Of a stretch of 64,000 bases of DNA, positions 50,901 through 63,749 are shown piece after piece (position 1 is the stretch's first letter; each line of letters starts with the position of its first letter). This DNA comes from Callorhinchus milii (lineage: Eukaryota): assembly GCF_018977255.1 (NCBI RefSeq), contig NW_024704760.1, positions 2,852,001 through 2,916,000 of the forward strand, in the 5' to 3' direction. The notes beneath the pieces are model-generated. The model was not told the origin of the DNA and made no database searches. It saw nothing but the letters and a program-made list of their open reading frames with translations. The translations under genes were made by a program, and so were the position numbers.

Positions 50901-53820
50901 GTAGCAGCACGATGCCTAAATGCCTCGGCCCTATTTCGCTTCACGCTCGACTACAATTAACACAGCACCTGGTTTATTTTTTTTTTAAACTCTGCACAGG
51001 CACCTCGATTTTATCAACGTGATGACGTACGATTTCCACGGTCCCTGGGACAAACTGACAGGACACAACAGCCCCCTGCACGCGGGCTCCACTGATCAAA
51101 ACGATGACGTGTACTTTAACGTGGTACGTACGAAAAGGGCCACTTACTTTCAGAGACTTTCCATTCGGAGTTTTTCCGAGCGTGAGAAAAGCTCGGCCCC
51201 ATCGGTGACGAGGTTTAATTAAACCTTTACCCTCCAGGAGTACGCCATGAACCACTGGATAAAACACGGGGCTCCCGCCGAGAAACTGTTGGTTGGCTTC
51301 GCCACATACGGTCGCGCCTTCACGCTCTGCACGACTGATAACAGACCCGGGGCATCAGCATGTGGGCCAGCAAAGCCAGGCCGATGCACTGAGGTCCCTG
51401 GATTCCTGGCCTATTACGAGGTGTGTTTTGAAAGGCTTAACCATTGAGGGTATTTGCGTGTTCCGAACCCTTGCCACCACGCACTCCGCACCACTCTACC
51501 ATTTCGCCCACACAATACACAAGTCAATTCGCTGGACGGTTTATTCTGTGCAGCGCTTAGAGACGTCTCAGCCACATGATAAGGCGCTGTATCAAGTGCA
51601 AGGATTAGTATTGTTATTACTATTATTATTACTACTCACCAGCCAGCGATTGGGACTCTTGGTTGGCTGCGTGGGTTGATCTTATGGGAGAAGCAGGTGA
51701 AATACCTTTGAGACTCTTGGCAGCCAACCTACTTCCCTGGTGAGCAGTAATGCTGTCCTCAACAGCTTTGTGCAACGAGTGCCTTTCCGCGTTAGGGTAC
51801 GAGCTTCTCCCTTAAAATAGGGGCAAAAATGTTATTTTTTTGTTAGAAAAAAATGTGCACCTTTTTCTCTCCACCCCCCACCCCCCTCACCCCTTCCCCC
51901 CTTCCCTCCCCATCAACAGGTTTGTGACTTTTTGAAAGACGCCGAGAGAAAATGGATCGAGGATCAAAATGCTCCGTACGCTTACAAGGAGAACGAGTGG
52001 GTCGGGTATGATGATGCCACAAGCTACAAGAAGAAAGTACGTGTGGAACTCCATTCCAAAGTCCCTTCACCTCGCCCCCCACCCCCACACCCATTCTTGC
52101 CTGCGCCTTCAGGTCACCCTCCTACCCCTTTTTGCATATATACCCAATTGTGCAGCCCAACACAGCTTACAAAGGAGTCACTACACTTGACCAGAACACA
52201 TGTAAAATACTTTACAAGATCCCCGAAACAGAAGTGCTGTAAAAATACAGATTTTCTTCTTTCTTAAAATTAGTTAACAACTTCATGACTGTTTGTGGGT
52301 CAATGCTGTGCGCAAGTTGGCTGCTGCCTCTGCCTTGAAATACACAGCCACTGCACTTTACAATAAATTCTACAAAGCAATTTGAGACATCCTCCCGATG
52401 TGAAAGGCACTAAATCAAATGTAAGGATCATCATATAAAAGTTTGATTGCTCATTTTATGTCTCCATTTAATGCACTGAATTGAAATTGAATTGAAACAT
52501 TGAACCCGATATCCTAAACTTGAATACTGTTAATTAAGCCTGAAGGAACTTGGAGCAAAGTTGTCTCTATGTGTGTAATAGCGTTGGAAAAAATACTTAA
52601 GGTTTTCAATCAAAGTTTACCTCACAAACTGTTTTCGTGTAAGGTTCAAAAGAAATGTTTGGTGTTTAGTTTTGGTGGGTTGCGTTGGCTGATTTAAACG
52701 AGAGGAGAAAAAAAATATAGAAAGAAAAAAGTATTTTGAATGACTTTGATCCCCTCAGGTCGAGTGGTTGAAAAACAATAACTTTGGAGGTGCAATGGTG
52801 TGGTCGATAGACACGGATGATTTCAAAGGAACTTTCTGTGAGCAGGGAGCATCGCCCCTAATAAACACCCTGAAGTCTCTGCTCTCTGATTCTGCAAAAA
52901 ATACAACAGGTAAAAAGCATTCAGTACAAAGCGCTGCCGGGAATTCTCTCGTTCAGTGCAAAGAACATCAAACAAACCAACAGTATTTCTTAGAACAAAT
53001 AATCACTGGAGCTTTGAGTAGAATTTCCAGCTCGTGGGGAATTAATTTGCTGTACGCGACGATAGTTAAAAGTAATCGTGTCTGCGAGACTGCGGCTCTT
53101 TCATGTGAAGCCTCGTCCACAAAATACGCAGTCACTCCACGTTGCGGTCTGCTCCGTGAAGCGGTTTGACGCGTCTCAATGAGGTGACGAGGTGCTCCAT
53201 CAAGCGCAAGGGTTGTTAAGTCGGAATGTTCTTTTGTTTTTTTTCCCCCCACCTCTTCAGCCGGGTCCACCTCACCCCTGGCCACAACTCAAGCCCCACC
53301 GGGCTCGGAGTCGGTCGACCTCTGCCCCGACCTGAAATTTTGCCGCGGCAAGAGGGACGGCGTCTACCCAGTGCCGTGCGCGGTGGCCAGCTTCTACCAG
53401 TGCGGCAACGCGAGCACCAACATCCAGAGGTGTTACAGGGGCACCGTCTACAACGCCACCGAAAACAAATGCCTCTGGCCTCCGAGGTTCTCTCCGACGA
53501 TCAACCTAGTTGAGAACAACTTCTGCAAAGGGCAAGCGGACGGCAAGTACCCGATGCCAGTCCCCACCTACCTCCAATGCTCCAGCGGCAGAATGCGCGT
53601 CATGGAGTGTCCCACCGACCTGCTCTACCATTCGACCACCGGAAACTGCGAGAGTGCGAACGCCCCTGCAGATTACGACTCCAGATATTGCAAGCACGCT
53701 CGCGACGGCACCTATCCCATCCGAGGCAGGCCCACCAAGTATTACCAGTGTGAAAATAAGAAGACCGCAATACAGCAATGCCCCCGGGGGAAAATCTACA
53801 ACAATTTCCGCAAGTTCTAG
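47997..53820 (+). CDS. GH18 chitinase 2 (CHIA-like) with three tandem CBM14-like modules, ~582 aa, 11 exons
   Basis: Exons 47997-48021, 48235-48267, 48715 (or 48721)-48922, 49222-49278, 49759-49924, 50390-50514, 51000-51123, 51238-51420, 51920-52036, 52759-52909 and 53261-53820. Core exon sizes 57/166/125/124/183/117 match chitinase 1. Signal peptide [17 protein letters not shown]; catalytic [12 protein letters not shown] retains DxDxE; the last exon encodes three F/YC..DG.YP..YQC..C..Y repeats. Confidence 0.92.
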
Positions 53821-56365
53821 GACTTGTCAAGTCGTGCAGCAAAGTACTCTACATCACCGGAAACCTGGTCAGAGGTTGCGATTAAATTAAGATCTAAACC
53901 ATCGCTTTCTGGAACTGCTGATCAATGTCAAGCATTTCAAAGCAATATATAAACTCTAAACTAAATATCAGCTCTTATATATTCCAATAGAGGCAATCTG
54001 GACACACACACGCACGCACTAGAGCATCAAGTTGACCTACATTCATATTAAAATGCTTTTGATCAAAACTTTCGCGCTTTTTAAAAAAAATATGAATACT
54101 GAGAATAAGTGTTTGAGTGCATTTTTACGGAGCTGCTTTGGGTTTGTTGAACCAAGTAAAAATAAAAAAACGGCCATTTAACGGTAAACACGAGATACCA
54201 CAGTGCAGGATTCTGAGCTCCCCAGTCTTCTCTTTAAGAGCAATCGCGTTCTGCACAAAAGCAAAGACAAAAGGATTTTGGTTATCAATGCACGTTACTT
54301 CAGTGTTTGTGACATAACTGGTTTCACAAAGAATAAACTGGAGCTTGAATTGGACGATGTTCTGGTTGTTGGGATAAGCAGCAACGACAACTTGCATTTA
54401 TATAGCACCCCTCAAGCAGGGCAGTGTTCCACAGCACAACACAGTAAGGAGGCTTAATTATTGTATTGGGGAAAACGCTTAATTCAATATGCTTTAATGT
54501 CAAGTCAATAGACCCCTTGGGCGAAATACTTAATTCACCTTAAAACACCCGCCAAAGTTGCAGTCTAACATGGTTCGAAATGACAAAGTCTATTATTGCG
54601 GACAGATTTTTAACCAGGTTAAGGAACAACCACATTACAGTCTTTTAGCATAGAAACCAAGTGCACGATGACATGCCACATTATTCATAATAAATGTAGC
54701 CAATGATTAAATTCACTCCTCTGTGTATGTGTGGGTGGGTGTGTGTATTGGGGGAGGAAGGGTGAAAAATAAGAGGGGAAGGGAGGAAAAAACACTAACC
54801 TTGCCAAATTCGCATTTGCCCTTAAGCAGAGGGGGGGGATTTGTACATTCAAAACTTGTACAGTCAAACAAAATAGACGTACAGCATCAACAGCTGTGTT
54901 GCATCAATCTTTCAGACAGACAGACAGTCCATAAATTGTCTCTCCACCCACTCAGGGGCTGGGAACCACAGCTTCCCGATCAGAACAGAGATCAATATTG
55001 TATCAATAAAGAATATATATATATATAAATAAGGAATATATATATATATAAAAAATCGAGTAAGTAATCGACAAGTGGACATGAGTTAAAAAGCATTTAA
55101 TTTCTGTCCGTACCCAATGTATTACTTCTCAACTTCATACTTTTTAACATTAAAATTCATGTTTAATGACTCAAATTGCACAGACACACATCATTTGTTA
55201 TTCGCTTGCAAGCTGGTCTGGTAATGGTTTCGAACAAACATTCGACCAAAATACAATTTAAACGCATCAAAGGTGTTGCAATATTTTTAACTGTGAATTC
55301 CAAAAGTAGAATGCAAATACTGCTAAGAAAAATATAGCGAGTAGGCATTCACCTCCAGCAGGAATTAGACTTTTCTACGGTGACGCTTTGAGTTCTTGAA
55401 CCACTTAATACATGAGAATAAGTGTGGGACTTAAAATAAAAGTGAAAACAATTCGTTTTTTTCCCCCCGTTAATATTGTATCGATACAATACAATTTGCA
55501 GATAACACAGTCAACCTCCTAGCAAGATCAACACTTCAGCAGACAAAGAAAAGTTGGTCTGAAGAGGGAAAATGCTGGTGTCTTTATGGGGTAATCTTAA
55601 TAGGTCGCTATTAAGTCTGTCCAGTGTTCTCCCAGTGACCACTGATCCTTTCCAAGTTTGATTTAGCTGGAATTAAGATCCAATATTTCTAGTGTTCTGA
55701 ATAGTTTGAATTCTTTTCAGAAGCACAATCAATTTTCTTGAGTCTGTGCTTTTTGTTTTAATATGTGTGTAAAAAAAAAGATTCTTTTCTGCACTTTCTT
55801 CAAACCTGCAGAACACAAATGACATTATCAGTGGATACGGTTACACCAATCACGCTACCTTCTGCGGTCCAAACCTTCACCACTGCCGTTTCCAATCAGA
55901 CAGTGAGTGTGTTAAAGAGTGAATAAAGTTTCAATGTCAAAGGTATGGGTGCCATCGGTAGTATTGCAACTAACACCACTACAAAACCACAAACCCAAAT
56001 TCGACAGGGTTTTTCTTTTAAACAACAAAGTGCAACGTAAAAATTATTCGACATACTATGATACACACTGAGCTCTCCTACAGTAATAGTCAAATGCGTC
56101 TTTGTTTATTTAACAATTTCAAAACTCTCAACCTTTCCCAATAATCGCCACAGGTATAATTTGTTCCCCACCAAAAAAAAAATTGCAGGATAATAATAAT
56201 AATAATAATTATGAATTATAACAGACAATTTGAAAATAGTCAGATTTTCTAAGAAAGATTAGAGTTTAACACTCTTGGTGTTGATTTATTTGTGATCGCT
56301 TTTGAAGCTTCTACACAGAGGTCTCACAAGTTCGAGGAAACAAGGTACAGTACACACACGTACCA

Positions 56366-59300
56366 TTAAAATCGGTAATTTCTGTCTTTGTCCGGCTTTA
56401 TTCCACAATATTTTTCTTGAGTGTAATCTTGTCCTTGACTAGTCTTTGGTGGATACTTATCCCAGGACTCGTTACTTCTGGAGGAATACCTGGGTGAATC
56501 ACAGGGTCTGTCTTTCCCACAGCTGTCCCTTTGTTCTCGGTTTCTCTCTGGGTAATAATCCCTGTGTGGAGAGTGATCTCTTTGATGACTGTGCTGTCTC
56601 CCTCGATCGTAATCGGGTTCTCTCTCTCGGTAATAACGCTCGTGGGAACCCGGACTTCTAGAACGATCTCTCCGACTCCCGCTCCTCTCGCCCGATCTCC
56701 GCTTTTCTCTTTTCCTTGAAAGCTCCTTCTCCCTTTTTTTATGTATTAAAAAAAATATAAGATTGTTTACTTAATGTCAGCCAAGAGCTTGAAATCTTTG
56801 AAGGACGAACAGAATAATAATAATATTAATAATTCTTGCATTTGACATAGCGCCTTATCACATCGTTGAGACGTCTCAAAGCGCTTCACAGGGTATACCA
56901 TAAAGTGGACTGACCGTGTATTTTGTGGGTGAACACAGTACAATTTACACGCTCCTTAGCTTACATTGCACACGTCTGATTCATATTGCTTCAGATCACA
57001 AGTAACCCATCATTTCTATGGCATATTTGACGTGAATTACTGCCAGCTTAAAGCCAGTATAAATGTATTGTATTCTCGCTCATGAGACCAGTGACTTCTA
57101 AGAACTTAGCACCATCGTCAGGCAATCCGCAGTACTACAAATATCTGTAAAGCCATTTAATAACGGGAGAGAACATAGTTAAAATAATAATAATCCTTGC
57201 ACTTGATGTAGCGCCTGATCACGGCATTGAGACGTCTCAAAGCGCTTCACTGGATACACTGTAAAGTGAACTGACTGTATTTTGTGGGCAAAAAAAATTT
57301 GATTCCAAGAATATTTAGTGTCTCTGCAAGTAAAATAATAATAATCCTTGCATTTGATGTAGTGCCTTAACACGTCTTTGAGACGTTTCAAGTATAACCA
57401 ATCAATTGGAGCAATTTTAAACCAGGAAAGCCGTTGATTTGAAGCCTTTGCCTGTCAAGTTGTGATCTGGGAGCTTGCAGCATCTACAAACATCTAAACC
57501 ATTGCTACAAGTTTATATTTGATCCAGTTGGGTGGGTATCTTTTGAGCGAGCCTTTGGACAAGAAATAAAAGATATATTACCACGATCCCGAGGCGTGTG
57601 GTTTGGGTTTGGGTTCTTCATTGTGAGGCTTCTCTGGAGTGCAGTTTGGTGAATCCCTGTATCCATCCTGTGCAATTGCTTTTGATTGCTTAACTAAGGA
57701 AACCAGTTTAATTAGAGTCCCATAATCATTTGAATGGCCATCTGGAACAGAAGAGGGAAACGTCAAACCCGTATGCTCACTAAGTTTCTAAGTTGCTTAA
57801 TAAAATGGCAGAACATAGTTTGCTGTGTGCAAACTACCTGTACATGAGATACAATTAATAGCGATCAAAGTTCTAGAAGACATTGAAGTGCCTTTTAATG
57901 ATCGGATAAAAAGTGGTATTTTATGGTAAATGTAACAACCTTTAAATATTTCAAAGACCATTGCGCTCCTAGTTGGAATTAATTCAATCCAGTTGTCTGT
58001 TAGAGTTTGTTAGTTTAGCTAGTAAAACTTTACGGCCTTTATTATTACATTTCATGCGAAAATGCACCACTGTTGATGTTTTATTAGAATGTGCACAGGG
58101 CGGAATGGCAAGCTAAAGAAATGGCTTCACCTCGTTACCTTTGCTCACCACAGACCCGTCACTCGGTGGAAAATTCTGTGTTCTGTTTATTTCGGTAACA
58201 AACTCCATTGTATTGGGCGATTTCTCTGGAAAATGCATTTCCCTGTGGAAGAAATGCATCCAATAAGCTTCAGACTTCAAATATATATATATCTACATTA
58301 TATATACACACACACACACACACAGCCATGAATATTAAAAAACAGGATGCACAAGCATGATCAGATATTTTGGCAGTGCAGCAAGTTAAAGCATCGACGT
58401 AACAATGCTATCATACCTCCTTTCGGAAATAATATATTCCTTAAAATAAAGGGAAAAAATTCCAGTGGTGTGAGGAAACAAATCACATAACGAGTTACTC
58501 TGAAGCCCAGCGACTGCTATGAAGACAGCCAAGGTAGCTCGGAAGTAATTCAACAACAATTTGCATTTATATAACGCCCTTCACGTGGAGTAGCGTCCTG
58601 GAGCGCTTCCAAGACCTTAATCCTCTGTAAATAGATTCAACGAGGAGTAAATGGATGGTTCAATTCTGCCTGCATAATGCACTTAGGTCTTCAATTGTAT
58701 ATTTCAAACATACGGCTACAACAACAACAACAACAAATTACATTTGCATACGGCCTTTCACGGAGGTATTTACCTCGAGTCGCAGAAGCCCATTCAGTGC
58801 AAACCTATTCTTAGGACAGTGTGGTCATAAAGATAACAAACCGAATTCTCACCTTCTTGGTATTCTGTAATCCAGAGTATAAGCACAGTAACCCTGCTGT
58901 GGATTCGTGCTACTGTCTAAAACAGTCTGTCCTGTGCTGACTGGTGTTAGGAAGGTGGGAAGGTTGCCATGAGGAGTATTTAAAGTCTGACTGTGTCTGA
59001 TAAGACCAGGAGGTAGAAGGTTCCCGGCTGGTAATCCCAATGGAATTAAGTGACGCAACATAACGTTGGGGGGAGGAGGACAGGGAGGATGACAGGCTTC
59101 ACTGATGAGTTTCACAACCGGCTGTTGGAAAGGCGAAGGCGTTTCCTCTTCAAAGTCGGGATCTGTCGAATAAAAATAAACAATACCTGCATTTAATAAC
59201 GCATCTATACACATCGAAACAATGAGTTAACTGAAGCGCAGTGAGTGCTTCGAAGGGTGACGAGGTAGCTAGGAGCAATTTGAGAACATACTGAGGAGAG

Positions 59301-62300
59301 ATTAAGCGCACCTTCAGTGGCTTCTTCCAAAGCGTCGGGCAGAGATTCGTTGTCACTTTTCTCGGGATCATCTTTATCATAATCCTCCTGCCCTTCCTCG
59401 TCGGGTAAGTGCAACTTGGAATTTTCCATTGCTGCAAGCAAGGACACAAACCAAAAATATTCCCATTTATTTGAAACGAAGAACTGATGGGTACATCGCA
59501 AGCAAAGTTGAACCACATAGCTGGTTTATGCACTCTAAGACTCGATCTTAAAAAGGGTACATTATTTGCAAGGTGAATCGTAATTTCGAGCAAGTTGAAA
59601 AACAAAATCTCACATACCATAATTTTGTTTTAAAAACACTAAAAGATTCAGAGCCTGATAGACCACAATCCCACAGACTTTATTTTGGAAAGGAAGAGAA
59701 ACGAACAAGCAGGACTTACATTAGCAAATGGATTTGAATTAGTCGAATTTGCTGAACAGAAAGTACAGGTGTTTGACCTTACGCCAAAAGCTGGTAACTC
59801 GTAGTCTAGTCAACTTACGTTCTCCTAAAGCCACCTGTTGGGCAGAATTTTTATTCAATATGCCCAGTCAACAAACTTACCATTTATGAACTGCATTTCA
59901 AAGTACTGTCGATTTGACATGGTGAAACAACGAACATCAGGAATTCTTCCATGGATCTCTTTCTTTGGAAGCATTTCTAACAGTCTATTGAGATCCCAGT
60001 CTGATGACAAACACACCTTAACAAATCTGCGTAAGACAACACAACAGTTTACTTTTTGCCACCAAAACAGTAACAACAACAACTTGAATTTATACCGTGG
60101 TCTCTCAGGCAGGGTAGCGTCCCAGAGAGCGCTTACTATGATCATTCAAGCGCAGCCACGGACTGGCTTCGGAAATTCTTCGTCTTACATAGGATCAGGA
60201 GTAGGCCATTCAGCCCCTCGAGCCTGTTCCGCCAATCTATTAGATAATAGTTGATCTGTACCTCAACTCTAATTACTTCTATAATATCTTCACATGGAGA
60301 TCCTGGTGTACAGTAGCTCACCCTTTTGACTGTCCGCCTTTTTGAACTTCATAAAATTTGATTCGATCGACGTTACATATTCCAGCTGTACGAATGGCCG
60401 CCATGATGTCGTCATTTGTTGTCCACTGCGGGAAAGCAACACAGCCCGAATCAGCAAAGGCAGATGGTCATTTCTGTTGTGTTACTATTTCATTCAATCA
60501 CTCAGGCTTGGAGCTCAATTCTAACGTGATCCTTCTTTCCTTTGGACACTTTCGATGCAACACTGCTGCGCGCAAGTGGCTGCCTCCCAGAATATACTGT
60601 AAAGTGGGGTAACTGTTTTATTTTGTGAGCGAAATGTGGCAGCCAATTGCGCACAGCAGTATCCCCACAAACAGTCGTGGATCGAGTGACCTGAAATTTT
60701 TTTTTCAGATGGATTATTACCCCTGGAAAGCGATCCGCCAATCGCTCACGATATTTATAGCAAATATTGTTGTCGTGCTACCAATTCGCCATATCAGACA
60801 CACGTAACGATGCTATTGATTCAATATATTTTTATAAATAGTATGATACGATCAAAAATACTCACCCACGTCAGATTTCCGATGAGCAGAACCTTCTCTT
60901 CGGAACATGGAATTTCGATCCTCTGTGGAAGAGCAGGTTTACTGACAACGACAGGCTTTGTCTGTATGGTGATGTTGAAGGATTTGGGCGCTGGCACGAA
61001 ATCAAAGGGTGTCTCTTTAGGAACCAGCCCATTATTCAAAGGCACTCCTATTATATCATTTATCAGATCGTCGTACAAATCCTTCTGTTCCTCACTTTCA
61101 ATTTCCAGCTGCTAGAAAATAAAAGACACGGGAATGAAACGTTATCGCAACTTACCCCTGAAATGCACTGAGTGGAAATAATAATAATAATAATGGATAT
61201 ATTTACATTGACATTTGGACCTGTCGATTGTTGGTGTCAGTCATAGATACTGGATGTCACAACCCGGACTATCAGTTCGCCGGCAGATAATAATACAGTA
61301 ACAGCAGATAAAAAGACCTAATCTTTGCAATTTATGTAGCGTCTTATTACGTCATTGAGACGTCTCAAAGTGCTTCACAGAATATACTCCGTAACATCGC
61401 TCGACTCCACCACTACCTCACCCCTCAGGCCGCTGAAACTCTTGTTCATGTCGTCATCACCTCCATCCAGGCTCGACTATGCAACCGCCCTGCGTGTCGG
61501 CCTTCCCAACTCCTCCCTCCACAGCTGCAGATAATCCAGAACTCTGCCGCCCGTGTCCTCTCCCGCACCAAACTCCGTGACCCCATCTCCCCCACTCTCG
61601 CCCGACTCCATCGGCTCCCTATCCTTCAGAGGATCCAGTTCAAGATCTGGTCCTCACATACAAAGCCCTCCATGGCCTCGCCCCACCCTATCTCTGTGAC
61701 CTCCTAACCCCCTACCAACCCGCCCGCTCCCTCCGCTCAGCCAGCTCCGGCTGCTCCACATCCCCCGACCCACCCGCCCCATCACTGGCGGGAGAGCCTT
61801 CAGCCACTCTGCCCCCAACCACTGGAATTATATACCCCAGTCACTCCGCCTCGCCCCCTCCTTAGCCTCCTTCAAGTCCCGCCTCAAGACCCTCCTCTTC
61901 GACCATGCCATCTGCCACCCCCCTTCCCCTCCTCTCCCTTCTCCCCCACCCCCGCCCCCAACCCCAGCTCGGGTCTGAAACGCTGTACACAGTCGAGTGC
62001 CTTAGGACGTCCTCCCGACGTGAAAGGCACTATACAAATGTAATCTTCTTGTTGTTGTTGTATTGTAAAGCAGATTGACTTGTGTATTTTGTGGGCGAAA
62101 CGCGGAAGCCAATTGCACAGCAATAACCCACAAACAGCTGTAGAAATCACCAGCTTCAAGATCTAGTAAAAAATCTGTTTTTTTTCTTTTTTAGATGCTG
62201 ATTGAATTGCTGCAGATATCTAGCGTGTCTTCGTATTCACGGTTACGGTATTATTATCCACTGGTTAACTGATTGTCTGGGTTGTGACAACCAGTATCTA

Positions 62301-62871
62301 TGACTGGCACCAACAATGGACAGGTGGAAAGTCAACGTAAACACATCCATGCAATAAATCTGGATAAAGGTACCTTATCAGATATACGTTAAGATTCACA
62401 ACCATAGGCATCGGATTTTAATCAATAAACAATCCACTTGCGGCTCAGGAAATGTAAATAAACAGCATTTGGAAGCCACAGGATGCATCCTGTCCCCTCC
62501 AGTCGCCAACTACAACTTACACTTATATAGCAGCCAGTTTCCGCACAGCAATGTCCCGCAAACAGAGGTGGGGCGAGTGAAACGATTTTATTTGGAGGTT
62601 TGGCCAGGACACCGGGAGAGAGAGAAAAACTCCCTTCTCTTTTCGAATAGCGCATTGGGATCTTTTAACGTCCGCGTGAACAGGCGCAGGTGGGACTTCG
62701 GCTTTAATGTCTCATGCGAAGGACGGCACCTTCGACAATGCAGCGCTCCCCCAGCGCTGCTTTGGAGTGTCAGCTTAGACTGTGCGATTGCAAGTCCTGA
62801 CGTGGGAGCTCGGATGCGTAACCTTCTGACTCAAGAGACCAGAGTGCTACAGACTGAGCCAGACTGACACA

Positions 62872-62907
<36 letters not shown>

Positions 62908-63749
62908 GACTGAGCCACACACACACACACAGCGACTGAGACAGACTGACACACTCACACACACACACACACACACAGTGACTGAGCCACACACACACAC
63001 ACAGCAACTGAGACAGACTGACACACTCACACACACAGTGACTGAGCCACACATACACACACACACAGTGACTGAGCCACACACACACACAGCAACTGAG
63101 ACAGACTGACACACTCACACACACACACAGTGACTGAGCCACACACACACACACAGCGACTGAGACAGACTGACACACTCACACACAGTGACTGAGCCAC
63201 ACACACACTCACACACAGTGACTGAGCCACACACACACTCACACACAGTGACTGAGCCACACACACACTCACACACAGTGACTGAGCCACACACACACTC
63301 ACACACAGTGACTGAGCCACACACACACTCACACACAGTGACTGAGCCACACACACACACAGCGACAGAGACAGACTGACACACTCACACACACACACAC
63401 AGTGACTGAGCCACACACACACACACACACAGTGACTGAGCCACACACACAGTGACTGAGCCACACACACACACAGACACCGTCACAATCAGCCCCCAGG
63501 GTGGGGTGGGGTGGGGTGGGGGGAGGGGGGGAGGGAGGGGCCTATTCGTCCATCACAGCCGCTCCCACCCACCACCAGGCCCCGGACTGAGCCGCGGGGC
63601 CCCGCGCTCCCTCCCTCCCTCCCTCTCGCTCTCTCTCCCTCCGAGTCCGCTCCCCGCCCCCCGTCCCCCCGCCGCTCAGTTACCTGCCTGGAGCCGCCCT
63701 CCCCCGCACTCTCGGCGTCCAGCAGCTCCTCTCCCAATTCACCCGCCAT
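56366..63749 (-). CDS. Divergent CPSF6/CPSF7-like cleavage factor Im large subunit (RRM + acidic/Pro-rich middle + RS/RD/RE tail), ~540 aa, 9 coding exons
   Basis: Minus-strand exons 63749-63684 (in-frame ATGs also at 63767 and 63782), 61111-60866, 60425-60322, 60026-59881, 59431-59312, 59162-58853, 58242-58139, 57741-57582 and 56732-56366, all GT-AG and phase-consistent. Peptides [13 protein letters not shown]|[11 protein letters not shown]...IKFYE...GQSKG|FVKV...[12 protein letters not shown]...[13 protein letters not shown] and [16 protein letters not shown] align with CPSF6/7. An intron starts 2 nt after the stop and a 3' UTR exon starts at 55805. Confidence 0.88.
61195..62350. mobile_element. 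Palindromic MITE-like element (~110-bp inverted arms) split by later insertions
   Basis: 61195-61305 is an imperfect reverse complement of 62240-62350 (e.g. cagtcatagatactgg..gtcacaaccc). Confidence 0.7.
61389..62060 (+). mobile_element. L2-clade LINE, 5'-truncated 3' fragment with degenerate ORF2 C-terminus and (TTG)n tail
   Basis: Frameshifted translation [70 protein letters not shown]; stem-loop tail ending aaatgtaatcttcttgttgttg. Confidence 0.88.
62500..62865 (-). mobile_element. Deu-domain-type SINE (other copies at about 3490+, 23740+, 28790-, 33110-, 34850+, 35700-)
   Basis: Reverse complement reads tggctcagtctgtagcactc..gacactccaaagcagcgctggg..gccgtcc..cctgttcacgcggacgttaaaagatccc..gtgtcctggcc, resembling SacSINE1/AmnSINE1-type Deu elements. 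Confidence 0.7.
62853..63480. repeat. Compound (CA)n / gtgactgagcc minisatellite, ~30-bp unit
   Basis: Repeated acagtgactgagccacacacacactc units with interspersed gcgactgagacagactgac units. Confidence 0.9.

Noticed and set aside
53818-53820. Selenocysteine recoding at the Cys-position stop
   Set aside because: The codon is TAG, not TGA, and no SECIS was recognised.
54165-54320. Possible extra CBM remnants after chitinase 2 (NGKHEIPQC, AFCTKAK..GFW)
   Set aside because: Cys spacing is not retained and the similarity is too short to separate from chance by eye.
62770-63480. Regularly spaced repeat array and CV/HT-rich ORFs, superficially CRISPR-like
   Set aside because: The spacers are CA microsatellite rather than unique sequence, there are no cas genes, and the context is a vertebrate intron.
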